From positions 19,179 through 83,178 of the IMG/VR virus record IMGVR_UViG_3300028591_000161: DNA of 64,000 nt; one strand, written 5' to 3'. Both the position numbers and the translations under genes were made by a program. Positions 18,863 to 28,311 of the stretch are shown one piece after another. The notes under the pieces are model-generated. The model ran no database searches. It saw only the letters and a program-made list of their open reading frames with translations, and was not told the DNA's origin. The stretch comes from a virus. Its lineage: Duplodnaviria; Caudoviricetes. The first letter of the stretch is position 1. Every line of letters starts with the position of its first letter.

Positions 18863-21800
18863 TTAATAAATTCCGTAAATACGGATGATACCAACCTTTG
18901 CATTGCTTGCATGTGTAAACACAATCGTGTTGTCGTCTTTCCATTGCACAAGCATTCTTGTTGCACTGGATGAACCTGTATTTGATGGGTTATATCCTTC
19001 ACCGGCATAATATCCAGGATTCGATGAACTAATCGCTGCATTGTAATTTGATTTCGATTTCACGTATTCAAGCGGTACAAGGAAATTGTAATTTGTCGCA
19101 TTCGTGTTTGATGACGTCCAAGTTGAATTCTGGATGCATACATACACGACTTTCCAGTTTGTAAATAGATTGGTAACACTACATTGCGCGGATGTCGTGG
19201 ATGAAGATGATGCTTCATATAACAATGATTGCCCTGAAGCTTTGCGAATCATGATGTTTCCATTTTCATTTGGCAAATATAATGTTCGATTTTCGCCAGA
19301 AACATTCGACATGATTTGTGAATAATATGCACCTGCACCACATATTCTACAATAACCACGCTTATTACCAGCGGTGCCGGTTGGTATAGTATTACCCAAT
19401 TCAATCAAACCATATCCAGCGGTACTTGACGTACCTTCGACCGTTCGATACTTTAAACCATCATTCTTCAATGGATCCACACCAATTAAATCTGAATCTG
19501 ATTGTGCCATGAATGGAATCTGATATGTCGTTGCTGAAGCAGGATTAGTATTTTTTGGATGGATAATATCAGCATAGTCCATGGTCAATGCGGTTCCTTC
19601 GTATGTCGACGAACCGTTACCGGCATTATTGATTACTTCCCATCCAGAGTTTAGTGAGTAGCCATTTAATCCAGCTTCGAAAATAGGTGCGACAGAAATA
19701 GATTCATATCTGGCTTTTTCACATTTCACCCAAATTTGAAATGTAACATGGGTTGGTGATGTTGTTGATACATTTGTTGTTACAACAACTTTGTCATGAA
19801 TCTGTCCATCTGTTACGAGCCATTTAACGGTTGATCCATTTATGACTCCCGTTGATCCGTTTGCATTAATGACTACATATAATATACCAATACCTGTATG
19901 CGATGTATAGTTTGCTGATACGATAAAAGTCGTCGCTCTGTAGGTATTTGCAGTTGTGGAAGTGAATTCAGCAACTTTTGCCCAACAATTTGTTGCATAT
20001 GCGGTATTCGAATTATAAAACCAACCAGAGCGGTGTTTTAATTGCCATGCAAATGATGTTGTTGCAATCTTTGTAGATGAATCCGCATTACGCGGTTTTA
20101 CATCCTGTGTCACACCTGTTGTAGATCCATCGATGGTTCCGATTAACTTTCCAGATATGTTTGTGAAGTATCCATAGTTCCATCGTTTTGATGCAGCACC
20201 GACTGAGTACATATCATCATTCCACGGACGTAATGTTCCGGCTGAAGACCAGATAAACGTCTTTAAGTTTGTACCTTCTTCATGCGTTGTATCGGTAAGT
20301 GAATTCGCTCCTGATACGAAGTACACATCACTGTCTGCACCAATCATAACAGATTCTGAACCATATGTCATGGCGGAACTATACGGTGTTGTATCAGCAT
20401 CGGTAACAGTCGTACGCAGATTGTGTCCAGCTTCACCACCACCAATGATTGTCAATCCACCGCTGCCTTCACCGATACACAAACAGTATCCATATCGATC
20501 ATATGGGTACAGACCAATGAAAGCACCTTCGAATGTACCCGAGGTGCCGCTTGCGGACCATGGGTACCTGTATCGAAGCAGCCATCCATGTAAATCATTA
20601 TCGACAATCGAGTGTTCCCCGTATGCAAATTCATACCATTGATTATTGTAAGCCTTTCCAATAAAGAAATATCCCATCATATTGTTGGCTGATGTTTCTG
20701 CATTGCCGAACATTCCATATGAACCGAGGGCTGTGCCAGAAAAATCATCTTTATAGGCGGTGACAGATCGGCCCCATCCATACAATGAAGAGACTTTGTA
20801 TACTTGACCTGTTGATTTATACTGGACACCTTGCGACTCCGATGCATCGCTGTATATCGATATAATTGCACCGGTATCCATTTTACCACCTGCAAGTGGT
20901 AAATAATCATCAGCCAATGCGAAATCATCAAGATTATATGTCGTTGCATTTGTACCGGTTAGAGAAAAATACCACCGCGGTGAAAGTTCACTTGCAGTTC
21001 GCTGACCACCACCGAATGTAATTTTTTCTGTATCATATGCACTTGACATGAAGCACTTAACATCGCCGCCACCGTACACCAATCCTGCTGAATAATTACC
21101 CGCAAGATATGGCGGCGTTGTTGCAGCTGTATTTCCTCTGATTACATATAACGCATGACCCGAACCAGTGATACCCATTGCTTCCCATGTGGCATCATTC
21201 GATGTTGTCAAGTAATATGTATTACCAGTATGCAGTATGGAATAAATACTGTCATTTGTGTTGGCATCGTTTGGGACAGAAATCAGAACAGATTTATTAC
21301 CGGTTCCCGTAGTGGGATTGTATCCAGTACTGATATATGTTTCACCGATGTGGTCGTGTGTTGCTCGTTGTGATTTTCCAATCCATAGGTTTGAAGTATT
21401 ATATGATATTAATGAAAATTCATAACCATCTGGATTGGTAGAGTCGCCTCGATCCTTGGTGTAAATGTATGAACCTTTTCGATTCATACGGAATATTCCG
21501 TTACTCGGATTAAATGTCAGCAGATTTGATCGGTTTACAGTCTGTGCAGTAGTTCCTGTTTGTGATGCTGTGTAATATGAAAGAAGCAAAGGGACTTCTG
21601 CATTTACGGTTGTTATGTTCTGAGTCACCTTTGTATCAGTTGGAGTCCCTGTTGTCAATACAATATTCCCATTTTCAATAGAAATGTCTGAGATAAAACC
21701 ACCTGAAGATGATCTCGATATTGAAGGTAATGAGAAAACCCATGGTGAAAAATTTTCATACCAGGAGTGAATTTTTCCAAGACCGATTGCCAAATCTTCT

Positions 21801-21916
21801 GTGTGATTGAGATTCGGTCCTTGTATCTCATGTGTCCAATCTATATCTGATGAATCACCAGTCCATGGTTTCAATTCAACGGGAATAATTGCTCCATAGA
21901 AATGTTTCTCACTCAC
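18863..21916 (-). CDS. Tail fibre / receptor-binding protein (1017 aa)
   Basis: Ser/Thr/Gly-rich beta-type composition, LAIGLGKIHSWY fibre motif, PWNDDMYSVGAASKRW motif; GTG start with AAGGAGG. Confidence 0.75.
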   Translation of the reverse strand: MSEKHFYGAIIPVELKPWTGDSSDIDWTHEIQGPNLNHTEDLAIGLGKIHSWYENFSPWVFSLPSISRSSSGGFISDISIENGNIVLTTGTPTDTKVTQNITTVNAEVPLLLSYYTASQTGTTAQTVNRSNLLTFNPSNGIFRMNRKGSYIYTKDRGDSTNPDGYEFSLISYNTSNLWIGKSQRATHDHIGETYISTGYNPTTGTGNKSVLISVPNDANTNDSIYSILHTGNTYYLTTSNDATWEAMGITGSGHALYVIRGNTAATTPPYLAGNYSAGLVYGGGDVKCFMSSAYDTEKITFGGGQRTASELSPRWYFSLTGTNATTYNLDDFALADDYLPLAGGKMDTGAIISIYSDASESQGVQYKSTGQVYKVSSLYGWGRSVTAYKDDFSGTALGSYGMFGNAETSANNMMGYFFIGKAYNNQWYEFAYGEHSIVDNDLHGWLLRYRYPWSASGTSGTFEGAFIGLYPYDRYGYCLCIGEGSGGLTIIGGGEAGHNLRTTVTDADTTPYSSAMTYGSESVMIGADSDVYFVSGANSLTDTTHEEGTNLKTFIWSSAGTLRPWNDDMYSVGAASKRWNYGYFTNISGKLIGTIDGSTTGVTQDVKPRNADSSTKIATTSFAWQLKHRSGWFYNSNTAYATNCWAKVAEFTSTTANTYRATTFIVSANYTSHTGIGILYVVINANGSTGVINGSTVKWLVTDGQIHDKVVVTTNVSTTSPTHVTFQIWVKCEKARYESISVAPIFEAGLNGYSLNSGWEVINNAGNGSSTYEGTALTMDYADIIHPKNTNPASATTYQIPFMAQSDSDLIGVDPLKNDGLKYRTVEGTSSTAGYGLIELGNTIPTGTAGNKRGYCRICGAGAYYSQIMSNVSGENRTLYLPNENGNIMIRKASGQSLLYEASSSSTTSAQCSVTNLFTNWKVVYVCIQNSTWTSSNTNATNYNFLVPLEYVKSKSNYNAAISSSNPGYYAGEGYNPSNTGSSSATRMLVQWKDDNTIVFTHASNAKVGIIRIYGIY

Positions 21917-21942
21917 ATTATCTCCTCCTTATTTAGTAAAGA

Positions 21943-21957
21943 TTACCTTAGCGTTTT
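21943..21957 (-). promoter_or_regulatory. Putative late promoter AAAC-N7-TAA
   Basis: Minus strand AAAAC-GCTAAGG-TAA 27 nt upstream of the fibre start. Confidence 0.65.
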
Positions 21958-21968
21958 CCGAATATAAT

Positions 21969-22005
21969 GATGTAATACGCGGGGTCAAGCCCCGCGTATT
22001 ACATC
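21969..22005. terminator. Intrinsic terminator (16-bp stem)
   Basis: GATGTAATACGCGGGG-TCAAG-CCCCGCGTATTACATC. Confidence 0.8.
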
Positions 22006-22010
22006 TTGTT

Positions 22011-23636
22011 TCATGAACCTGCTACGACATGAAGTACGAGTGTATCCGCTGTTGTAACCGGATCATCACTCCATGCACCATCGCTTCGGAGATAATGTCG
22101 ATTTCCGTTTGCATTATATGTATCCGCTGCAGGTGCTGGTACGATACCACGTGTTCCAGCAGCAGAAGCCGTTGCACCAGTAAAGTTGTTCAGCTGACCC
22201 CATTTTGCAGTACCGGATGAACCCCCATACATCAATACGGCAAATCCTGCATATGACCCAGAAGCATATGCTGTCAAGACGCCAGATGAATCATCACCAC
22301 CACCAGTTGGAATGTGTTTATTTCCTGCAGTCGTTGGATGTGTATAGATTGTCAGATCTGCGTCCGCAGCATTTGTGTATTTTCTCGTAATAACACCGTT
22401 AGATTTATAAATCACATCCGACAATGCATCGACAGATGGAGACTTCAGTGAAATCCATGCAGAACCACTCCAACGATATGTCGGACCATCTGCTTTTGTT
22501 GGTGTACTGACATCGACATAGATCTTACCCTTTTCCGGTGTAAGTTCGGTTGTTGGGGAATCGGGATCATAAATCTTTCCGGTCGTGGCATCATAAAGTA
22601 CTTCGACGGTATCGTCAACATACGACGGAAGATACTTTGAGTTGACAACCAGACCGGAATCCAGGAAGTCGACAGTTCCATCTGGTTTTGCAGGAACAAA
22701 TGCCGTTGTAGCTTCATATGCTGCGGATCCGAGTCCGTGAATAGAGATCGTTTTTGCAGATCCGCCAGCTGGTGTCACGGTGAATGCACCATTTGTAGAA
22801 CCTTCGGCAAATGTGTAAGTCGTATCTGTAAATACAGCATCCGCGGGAACCGTTTTTCCGATTGTAAACCCATTGACAGTACCAAGGAAATTCGTTGCAG
22901 TCAATGTTCCTGTTGATGGATTCACATAAATGGAATTGTTTCTGTTTGCAAAATCAGCTGCAGGAGATGCTGATGTATTTGATGTTTCAAACACAGAGAA
23001 CAACAGTGGATACATTTTGTTGTCGCTCTTCAGTTGTTGCATAACACGGTCATTACCAGTTCCTGCAGGCGCATACAGAGTTACCGCTGTTCCATCGATT
23101 GTCAGGGTGCCGACTTCAGATCCAGATGTCATCGTTTGTGTAAATGAAACCGTAGACTTTCCAGCAGCGAGATCATATGCAGACTTAACTGCAGATGGAG
23201 TTGCTGCAAGTGATGTTGACGTGGATGATGTCGAAGTTGACAACTTGACCAAACCGTATGTGGAAGTCGAACCAGCTGGAACAGTCGCAGTTGTCGCAGT
23301 TCCAGAAGATGGTGTCAACGTTATGACATATGTGTCATCACTTGCTGCTCCAGAAAGTGAGAATGTTGTATCAGTAAATACAGCTGTCGAAGGGACATCC
23401 TTGGCAACAGTATGACCGGATACTTTAGAAGCATTACCAGTCCACACAACTGGATTCCAGTTGTTATACCAGTTTTGAATTTTACCAAATGCAAGAGCAA
23501 GGTCTTGTTCGGTAGGGGAACCTGATATGTTCGAAGCATGATTGTTTCCACCTTCGACAGTAACGTCCGAAGCAGCTTCGGTAAACGCCATAGGAATGAT
23601 GACGTTTGTAAATATCTTTTGAGGCATATCATTCAT
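22011..23636 (-). CDS. Tail fibre protein (541 aa) with phage tail-fibre repeat
   Basis: YGLVKLSTSTSSTSTSLAATPSAVKSAYDLA matches the Phage_fiber_2 repeat pattern; LALAFGKIQNWY; FTGATASAAGTRGIVPAP. Confidence 0.8.
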   Translation of the reverse strand: MNDMPQKIFTNVIIPMAFTEAASDVTVEGGNNHASNISGSPTEQDLALAFGKIQNWYNNWNPVVWTGNASKVSGHTVAKDVPSTAVFTDTTFSLSGAASDDTYVITLTPSSGTATTATVPAGSTSTYGLVKLSTSTSSTSTSLAATPSAVKSAYDLAAGKSTVSFTQTMTSGSEVGTLTIDGTAVTLYAPAGTGNDRVMQQLKSDNKMYPLLFSVFETSNTSASPAADFANRNNSIYVNPSTGTLTATNFLGTVNGFTIGKTVPADAVFTDTTYTFAEGSTNGAFTVTPAGGSAKTISIHGLGSAAYEATTAFVPAKPDGTVDFLDSGLVVNSKYLPSYVDDTVEVLYDATTGKIYDPDSPTTELTPEKGKIYVDVSTPTKADGPTYRWSGSAWISLKSPSVDALSDVIYKSNGVITRKYTNAADADLTIYTHPTTAGNKHIPTGGGDDSSGVLTAYASGSYAGFAVLMYGGSSGTAKWGQLNNFTGATASAAGTRGIVPAPAADTYNANGNRHYLRSDGAWSDDPVTTADTLVLHVVAGS

Positions 23637-23644
23637 CCTTTCTA

Positions 23645-25999
23645 TTATGAGTTATCAGATATCACATGTAATACGAGATTCTGGTAATCGGGTATTGATA
23701 CGACACCATTTGAAACGGTAAAATCATTTGTAAACTGCATCACAGATGTCGTTTCACCATTTTCAACAGAAACCAATTTGTTTCCTTGCGTCTCAAGATG
23801 TGTAACGCCCGTATTTGTGATAACGTACTTTCCAATTTCGATTGGCCATGATAATTCGCATGTCAACAAATCATTTTCATCGATTGTCGTTTCTGGATCA
23901 TCTCGGAGGACAATGATGAAATACGATGCATTTGAAGGTTTTGTGTCATCGCCTTCAAATGTTTGCCAATTCGATGTCATCGATATGAACTGGTGTGCTG
24001 AATCATAGAACGCAGCTTTCCATTTCATATTATGACCGCCAACTGTCTGTGCCGACACATTCAACATTGGCGTCAAACCAACTTCGATTTCCGGAGAACG
24101 AATCGCGGTCGTCACAGCATTATCCAATTCGCCATTATCCGAACGAACCGAGCCCTGTGACCATTGCAAGGAAGTGATATCCGTTGTTGTTGACCCAGGA
24201 TCGATGGATATACCATCTCCGGCCGTGTATTCTGTTCCACTTCCACCGCCAGTTACAGTCAAAGCGCCATTCTGATCAAGGGACAGACCATCACCATATT
24301 TGACGTTGATTGCCTGTATGCCGATTATTACAGGGAAACTGTTCGTATATGTATTTCTGACGGTCGGAATTGATTCATTTCCTTTTGTATCAATTGTAAA
24401 CCATGTTAACCCATTATCGGATGATGCGAAAACAGTCCATGATACAGGATCACGCGCCGGAAAATCATTACCTGTGCAATACCGATATGACTTTAACGTA
24501 CCCACAGTAATCGGTGTCGTCAGCACCATATCAATACGAATTCCAACATCATACCAATAACAACACATTTTTGTTGTAATGTCTCCGTCGAATAACTTAG
24601 TGACATTATCGGCTGCAACAGGATAACTTGGCGATGATGAAGATTCGCCGACGTATGCTGCAACTGACGAAAATGTGATCAAATTGTCTGACGTATTGTA
24701 GAACTCGAGTTCTGACATTTGGAAATAGGTATCAGAAGAACGTTTGGATGTAGCAAAGAATCGGAGATTTGTAATTGGTATTTGTGAACCTGCACGGCGG
24801 AATTCGATTGCGTCTCCCGCTGTATAGTTTCCGCCACCACTACCACCGCCGCCTATTGCGGACAATACACCATCTTGATCAATAGACAATCCATCACCAA
24901 CTTTGACACCACCTAATGTATTTGATGATGCTGCTGGTAATGTGTATACGGTGTCGGTTGCAGATAGAACGCCATTCGAATCAACCGAAAGGTTTTCTCC
25001 AATTTTAATACCACCGAGTGTATCGGCAGCAGCAATCGGCAATTCATAGGGTGGATCTAATACCGCAGACAGAACACCTTCGGGTGTAATTGTCAGATGT
25101 GCTCCAACAATGATTCCACCGAGTGTTGTTGTTGTAGCAGGATCGATTGATCCTGCTGAAACCGATTTCCATGTACCGTCCGCACATAAAAATTTTGTGT
25201 AATCAGAAGCGGTCGGTGCTGGTACCAAACCAGATGTGCCATCATGAGATGATGTTGCACCCGTGAATGGTTCATAGTTATGTAAACTAGCGAGTTTTTG
25301 TTTCTCAGCAGTTGTATAATTCGCAGTCGTCGCATTCAGAATATCAATGTTATTGTGCGTATGCGCCTTTCGTTCAAGGGATGCTAATTCGGATTTCACT
25401 TCAGTATCATCATAATTCTCTAATGACCGAAGTTTTGTCTGTTGTTCGATTGTAAACGCTGCACTGGTTGCATCCAATATTGGTTTGTTTGGATGTGTAT
25501 GTGAAGCGGCATCAAGCCTGTTAATCGTGGGCATGATTTCGCTTCGTTTCACATATTCAGATAGATCAATATCAAATACACCACCAATGGAAATCCATCG
25601 AGATTCATTCCATAAATATGTGATTGGATCTGGATAACCTGGGTTTTCTACAAATCGAATTTCACCGAGTTTATTACCGGCAATCGGCAATGATTCTTTT
25701 GATGGATAGATACGAGTTGTCGGAATGGTGACAGCCTTCAGGTTTGTGATGATTCGGTCGACTTCTTCTTTGGTATAATAATTTGATAAATCTCCACCGC
25801 CTTCCCCACCAACATACGGTAGTTGACGATAAAATTTGTTTCCTTCACCGACTTTCAACTTTGTAGTTCCATCAGTGAATAATTCGATACACAATACACC
25901 GCGTGGAATTGCAAAATTCGCAATACCTGCTTCGGCCCATTGCGCCGAAGTGCGGATGATATGTTCAAAATGATCATATTGAACATTTTGAGAAGGCAT
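23645..25999 (-). CDS. Tail fibre/adhesin (784 aa): Mtd_N-like N-terminus, HTH-N-K repeats, three LGG-I-VG repeats, F5/8 type C (discoidin)-like domain
   Basis: RTSAQW...KLKVGEGNKFYRQLPY; HTHPNK/HTHNNI; LPxAxxxTLGGxKxGxxLSxDxxGVLSA x3; SELEFYN...KLFDGDITTK...RDPVSWTVFASSDNGLTW. Confidence 0.8.
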   Translation of the reverse strand: MPSQNVQYDHFEHIIRTSAQWAEAGIANFAIPRGVLCIELFTDGTTKLKVGEGNKFYRQLPYVGGEGGGDLSNYYTKEEVDRIITNLKAVTIPTTRIYPSKESLPIAGNKLGEIRFVENPGYPDPITYLWNESRWISIGGVFDIDLSEYVKRSEIMPTINRLDAASHTHPNKPILDATSAAFTIEQQTKLRSLENYDDTEVKSELASLERKAHTHNNIDILNATTANYTTAEKQKLASLHNYEPFTGATSSHDGTSGLVPAPTASDYTKFLCADGTWKSVSAGSIDPATTTTLGGIIVGAHLTITPEGVLSAVLDPPYELPIAAADTLGGIKIGENLSVDSNGVLSATDTVYTLPAASSNTLGGVKVGDGLSIDQDGVLSAIGGGGSGGGNYTAGDAIEFRRAGSQIPITNLRFFATSKRSSDTYFQMSELEFYNTSDNLITFSSVAAYVGESSSSPSYPVAADNVTKLFDGDITTKMCCYWYDVGIRIDMVLTTPITVGTLKSYRYCTGNDFPARDPVSWTVFASSDNGLTWFTIDTKGNESIPTVRNTYTNSFPVIIGIQAINVKYGDGLSLDQNGALTVTGGGSGTEYTAGDGISIDPGSTTTDITSLQWSQGSVRSDNGELDNAVTTAIRSPEIEVGLTPMLNVSAQTVGGHNMKWKAAFYDSAHQFISMTSNWQTFEGDDTKPSNASYFIIVLRDDPETTIDENDLLTCELSWPIEIGKYVITNTGVTHLETQGNKLVSVENGETTSVMQFTNDFTVSNGVVSIPDYQNLVLHVISDNS

Positions 26000-26023
26000 T
26001 GTAATTCCTCCTTTCTTACAAGG

Positions 26024-26038
26024 TTACTGAAACGTTTT
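26024..26038 (-). promoter_or_regulatory. Putative late promoter AAAC-N7-TAA
   Basis: Minus strand AAAAC-GTTTCAG-TAA 25 nt upstream of ATG 25999. Confidence 0.65.
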
Positions 26039-26043
26039 GGGTG

Positions 26044-26071
26044 TATGTGCGGGGGATATCCCCCGCACATA
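26044..26071. terminator. Intrinsic terminator
   Basis: TATGTGCGGGGG-ATAT-CCCCCGCACATA. Confidence 0.75.
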
Positions 26072-26078
26072 TTATTCG

Positions 26079-26753
26079 TTATTCGTCTTTTATCACGATT
26101 GCACCATCCGTATAATATTTTTCGTCATTTAACGTAATGATGCCTTCGTATGCCTTGAATTGTGTGAATGGCATGTAGTACGTATTGACAGAATAATTTC
26201 CGGTCGGACTGTTTGTTGGGATTGACATCAGTCCGGTAAAAGATTGATGTGAATTCGAATCAATATTTACATTCGAATATGGATTCTGGTCGTTCCATGC
26301 AACAAAATATCCAGTATATATTACACTTCCTGTAGTTGAGTAACGAACAAAACAACCAGTTTCGCCTCCCTTCGTTTCTGTGAAGAGAATAATACCACCC
26401 TGTGACGTCGATCCGCTGGATGTTGCGGTTTTGAACAAAACGCCGTGTTTACAAACAATCATTCTGTAAATGAATCTGGATCTACTGACACCCGTTGAAT
26501 TTGGGGAAACCCACGCATCAGTCGGATTTCCAAACAGCGAAACTTTGTAACTACCTGAGCCAGCCATGTTTGCAAATTCAGCAATTATCTTGTCCCCATT
26601 GAAAAACCGAATACTGTCATCAGCGTCTGTTGTTGTAAATACCTCAACACGCGTGAAGACTTTAATGTCACCGCTTGTGATATATTTGGTGATCAATGTA
26701 GCGAGCTCGTTCATATTTGTACTCGCATAACCCTGTATGTTTTCTACATACAC
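26079..26753 (-). CDS. Hypothetical (probable virion) protein (224 aa)
   Basis: GTG start with AAGGAG; within the structural operon. Confidence 0.7.
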   Translation of the reverse strand: MYVENIQGYASTNMNELATLITKYITSGDIKVFTRVEVFTTTDADDSIRFFNGDKIIAEFANMAGSGSYKVSLFGNPTDAWVSPNSTGVSRSRFIYRMIVCKHGVLFKTATSSGSTSQGGIILFTETKGGETGCFVRYSTTGSVIYTGYFVAWNDQNPYSNVNIDSNSHQSFTGLMSIPTNSPTGNYSVNTYYMPFTQFKAYEGIITLNDEKYYTDGAIVIKDE

Positions 26754-26767
26754 AATGTATCACTCCT

Positions 26768-27109
26768 TTATTCATGTTCAGCCGATTCTACAACGATTCC
26801 CTCGAAGTAGACAGGTTTTGGAAAAGCATATCCCCATGGAGAACTTGTTCCTGATGGAGAAGGTTCGGGTCCAGGTCCAGGATCAGGTCGATAATCTGGG
26901 AATAAATCGTAGAAGGTGGTTCCGTCAACAGGTTTATGATTGTCAGTTTGTGTGATGTAGTATCGCGGGAAATGAAGTAATTCAAGAATCTGATCTGGTG
27001 TTGCAGTGTAACCTATGACGGGGTTGGGTTGATTAATGACCGTGATGTTTTTATGGCTGTCTGGTGGCAATGTAACATCAACGACATTAATTTTCAAAGT
27101 GTCTGCCAT
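26768..27109 (-). CDS. Hypothetical (probable virion) protein with Pro/Gly linker (113 aa)
   Basis: Co-oriented, tightly packed; PDPGPGPEPSPSG linker. Confidence 0.7.
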   Translation of the reverse strand: MADTLKINVVDVTLPPDSHKNITVINQPNPVIGYTATPDQILELLHFPRYYITQTDNHKPVDGTTFYDLFPDYRPDPGPGPEPSPSGTSSPWGYAFPKPVYFEGIVVESAEHE

Positions 27110-27129
27110 TCAACTCAACCCCCATTCAT

Positions 27130-28296
27130 TCAAATTTGTGTATTGAGTTCGATCAGCTTGCCATCAAGAACATCTTGTGCAAGCGCTTCTTCAACCGTGA
27201 CTTGCTCACTGTTTGTCGTTGTATATGTGAGCAGAGATTGATACAGTGTACCCGGTGTGATCCAGGTAATTGCGCCCTTGCGAATCTCTGTACTCTTCTT
27301 GTATTCGAGATTCATCGGGTACAGCGTGTTCAACTTCATCTGCATTTCGGTGACGGTTGTCTCGAGTGCTTCGATACGCTGCAGCAGTGTTGCGATGATA
27401 TGCTCGGTCGGATTGTACAGAGCTTTGTAGATTCCATACGCGTCGGTTGTCTTGATTGTATTGGACATGTATACGGTAAACGCAATACGGAGTCTCGTTG
27501 TAATATTCAGCTGAACCGCAATGCTGTAATTGATATTCACGGATCCGATCATGATCTGTGAATCCTGCGCGGTTGATTGAACCGTGTCATGCTGAATAGC
27601 AATCTTCGTGTTGTTGTCGGTCCACTGGTAATATGGATTCAACGTTGCAGTTGCATGTGTCTTAGTATCAACAACACCGACATATGCTTCAATACGATCG
27701 ATTGACAGAGAATAGATACCGGCATAATCCAGCTGCGGGATGTTCGTAACAGCAACATTCTTGAATGAGGTGATGAAGAAATCCTGAATGTCCGTGTAAT
27801 GGAACAAATGATTCGGGCAGATGGAATCAACATGATTCGAATATGCCAGGCCGCCGTTCTGATCACGCAGCGAATAATAAATGCGGAATGTCACGGAAGA
27901 CTTCTGAATCGGGAGAACGTTCTCCAGTGTTTCAAATTGAGATGAAATCACGCTCTCGATGAATGCTTCCATTGAAGTATTCGTGATGATATCACCAGTC
28001 ATATCGATTGCTGCGGTCAGATTGATGCAGCTTGGATCGGTTGACTTCGAAATTTTTGTGTAAATATTTTCGGACACGCTGATCTTCGTACCATAGTTCG
28101 TCGTGGTATTATCCAGCAGATATGGTACAGAATTGATGAGCATAAAAGCATTTTCTTGCATCGGACCTGAAATCGGATATTGTGCTGAATTCGGCTGATG
28201 CATCTGTGTGCAACAATCGCATTGGTACAACGGTGCCTTCTTGAAGGGGAAGGCAGGGATCAGTACCGGGTTGCATCCACAACCAGTTGTGTTCAT
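27130..28296 (-). CDS. Hypothetical (probable virion) protein (388 aa)
   Basis: RBS AAGGAGG; Cys-rich N-terminus, short coiled coil near the C-terminus. Confidence 0.75.
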   Translation of the reverse strand: MNTTGCGCNPVLIPAFPFKKAPLYQCDCCTQMHQPNSAQYPISGPMQENAFMLINSVPYLLDNTTTNYGTKISVSENIYTKISKSTDPSCINLTAAIDMTGDIITNTSMEAFIESVISSQFETLENVLPIQKSSVTFRIYYSLRDQNGGLAYSNHVDSICPNHLFHYTDIQDFFITSFKNVAVTNIPQLDYAGIYSLSIDRIEAYVGVVDTKTHATATLNPYYQWTDNNTKIAIQHDTVQSTAQDSQIMIGSVNINYSIAVQLNITTRLRIAFTVYMSNTIKTTDAYGIYKALYNPTEHIIATLLQRIEALETTVTEMQMKLNTLYPMNLEYKKSTEIRKGAITWITPGTLYQSLLTYTTTNSEQVTVEEALAQDVLDGKLIELNTQI

Positions 28297-28311
28297 AAAG
28301 GTTCCTCCTTG

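Noticed and set aside
23645-25999. Diversity-generating retroelement, suggested by the Mtd_N-like domain
   Set aside because: No reverse transcriptase and no VR/TR repeat pair differing at adenines was seen in the window.
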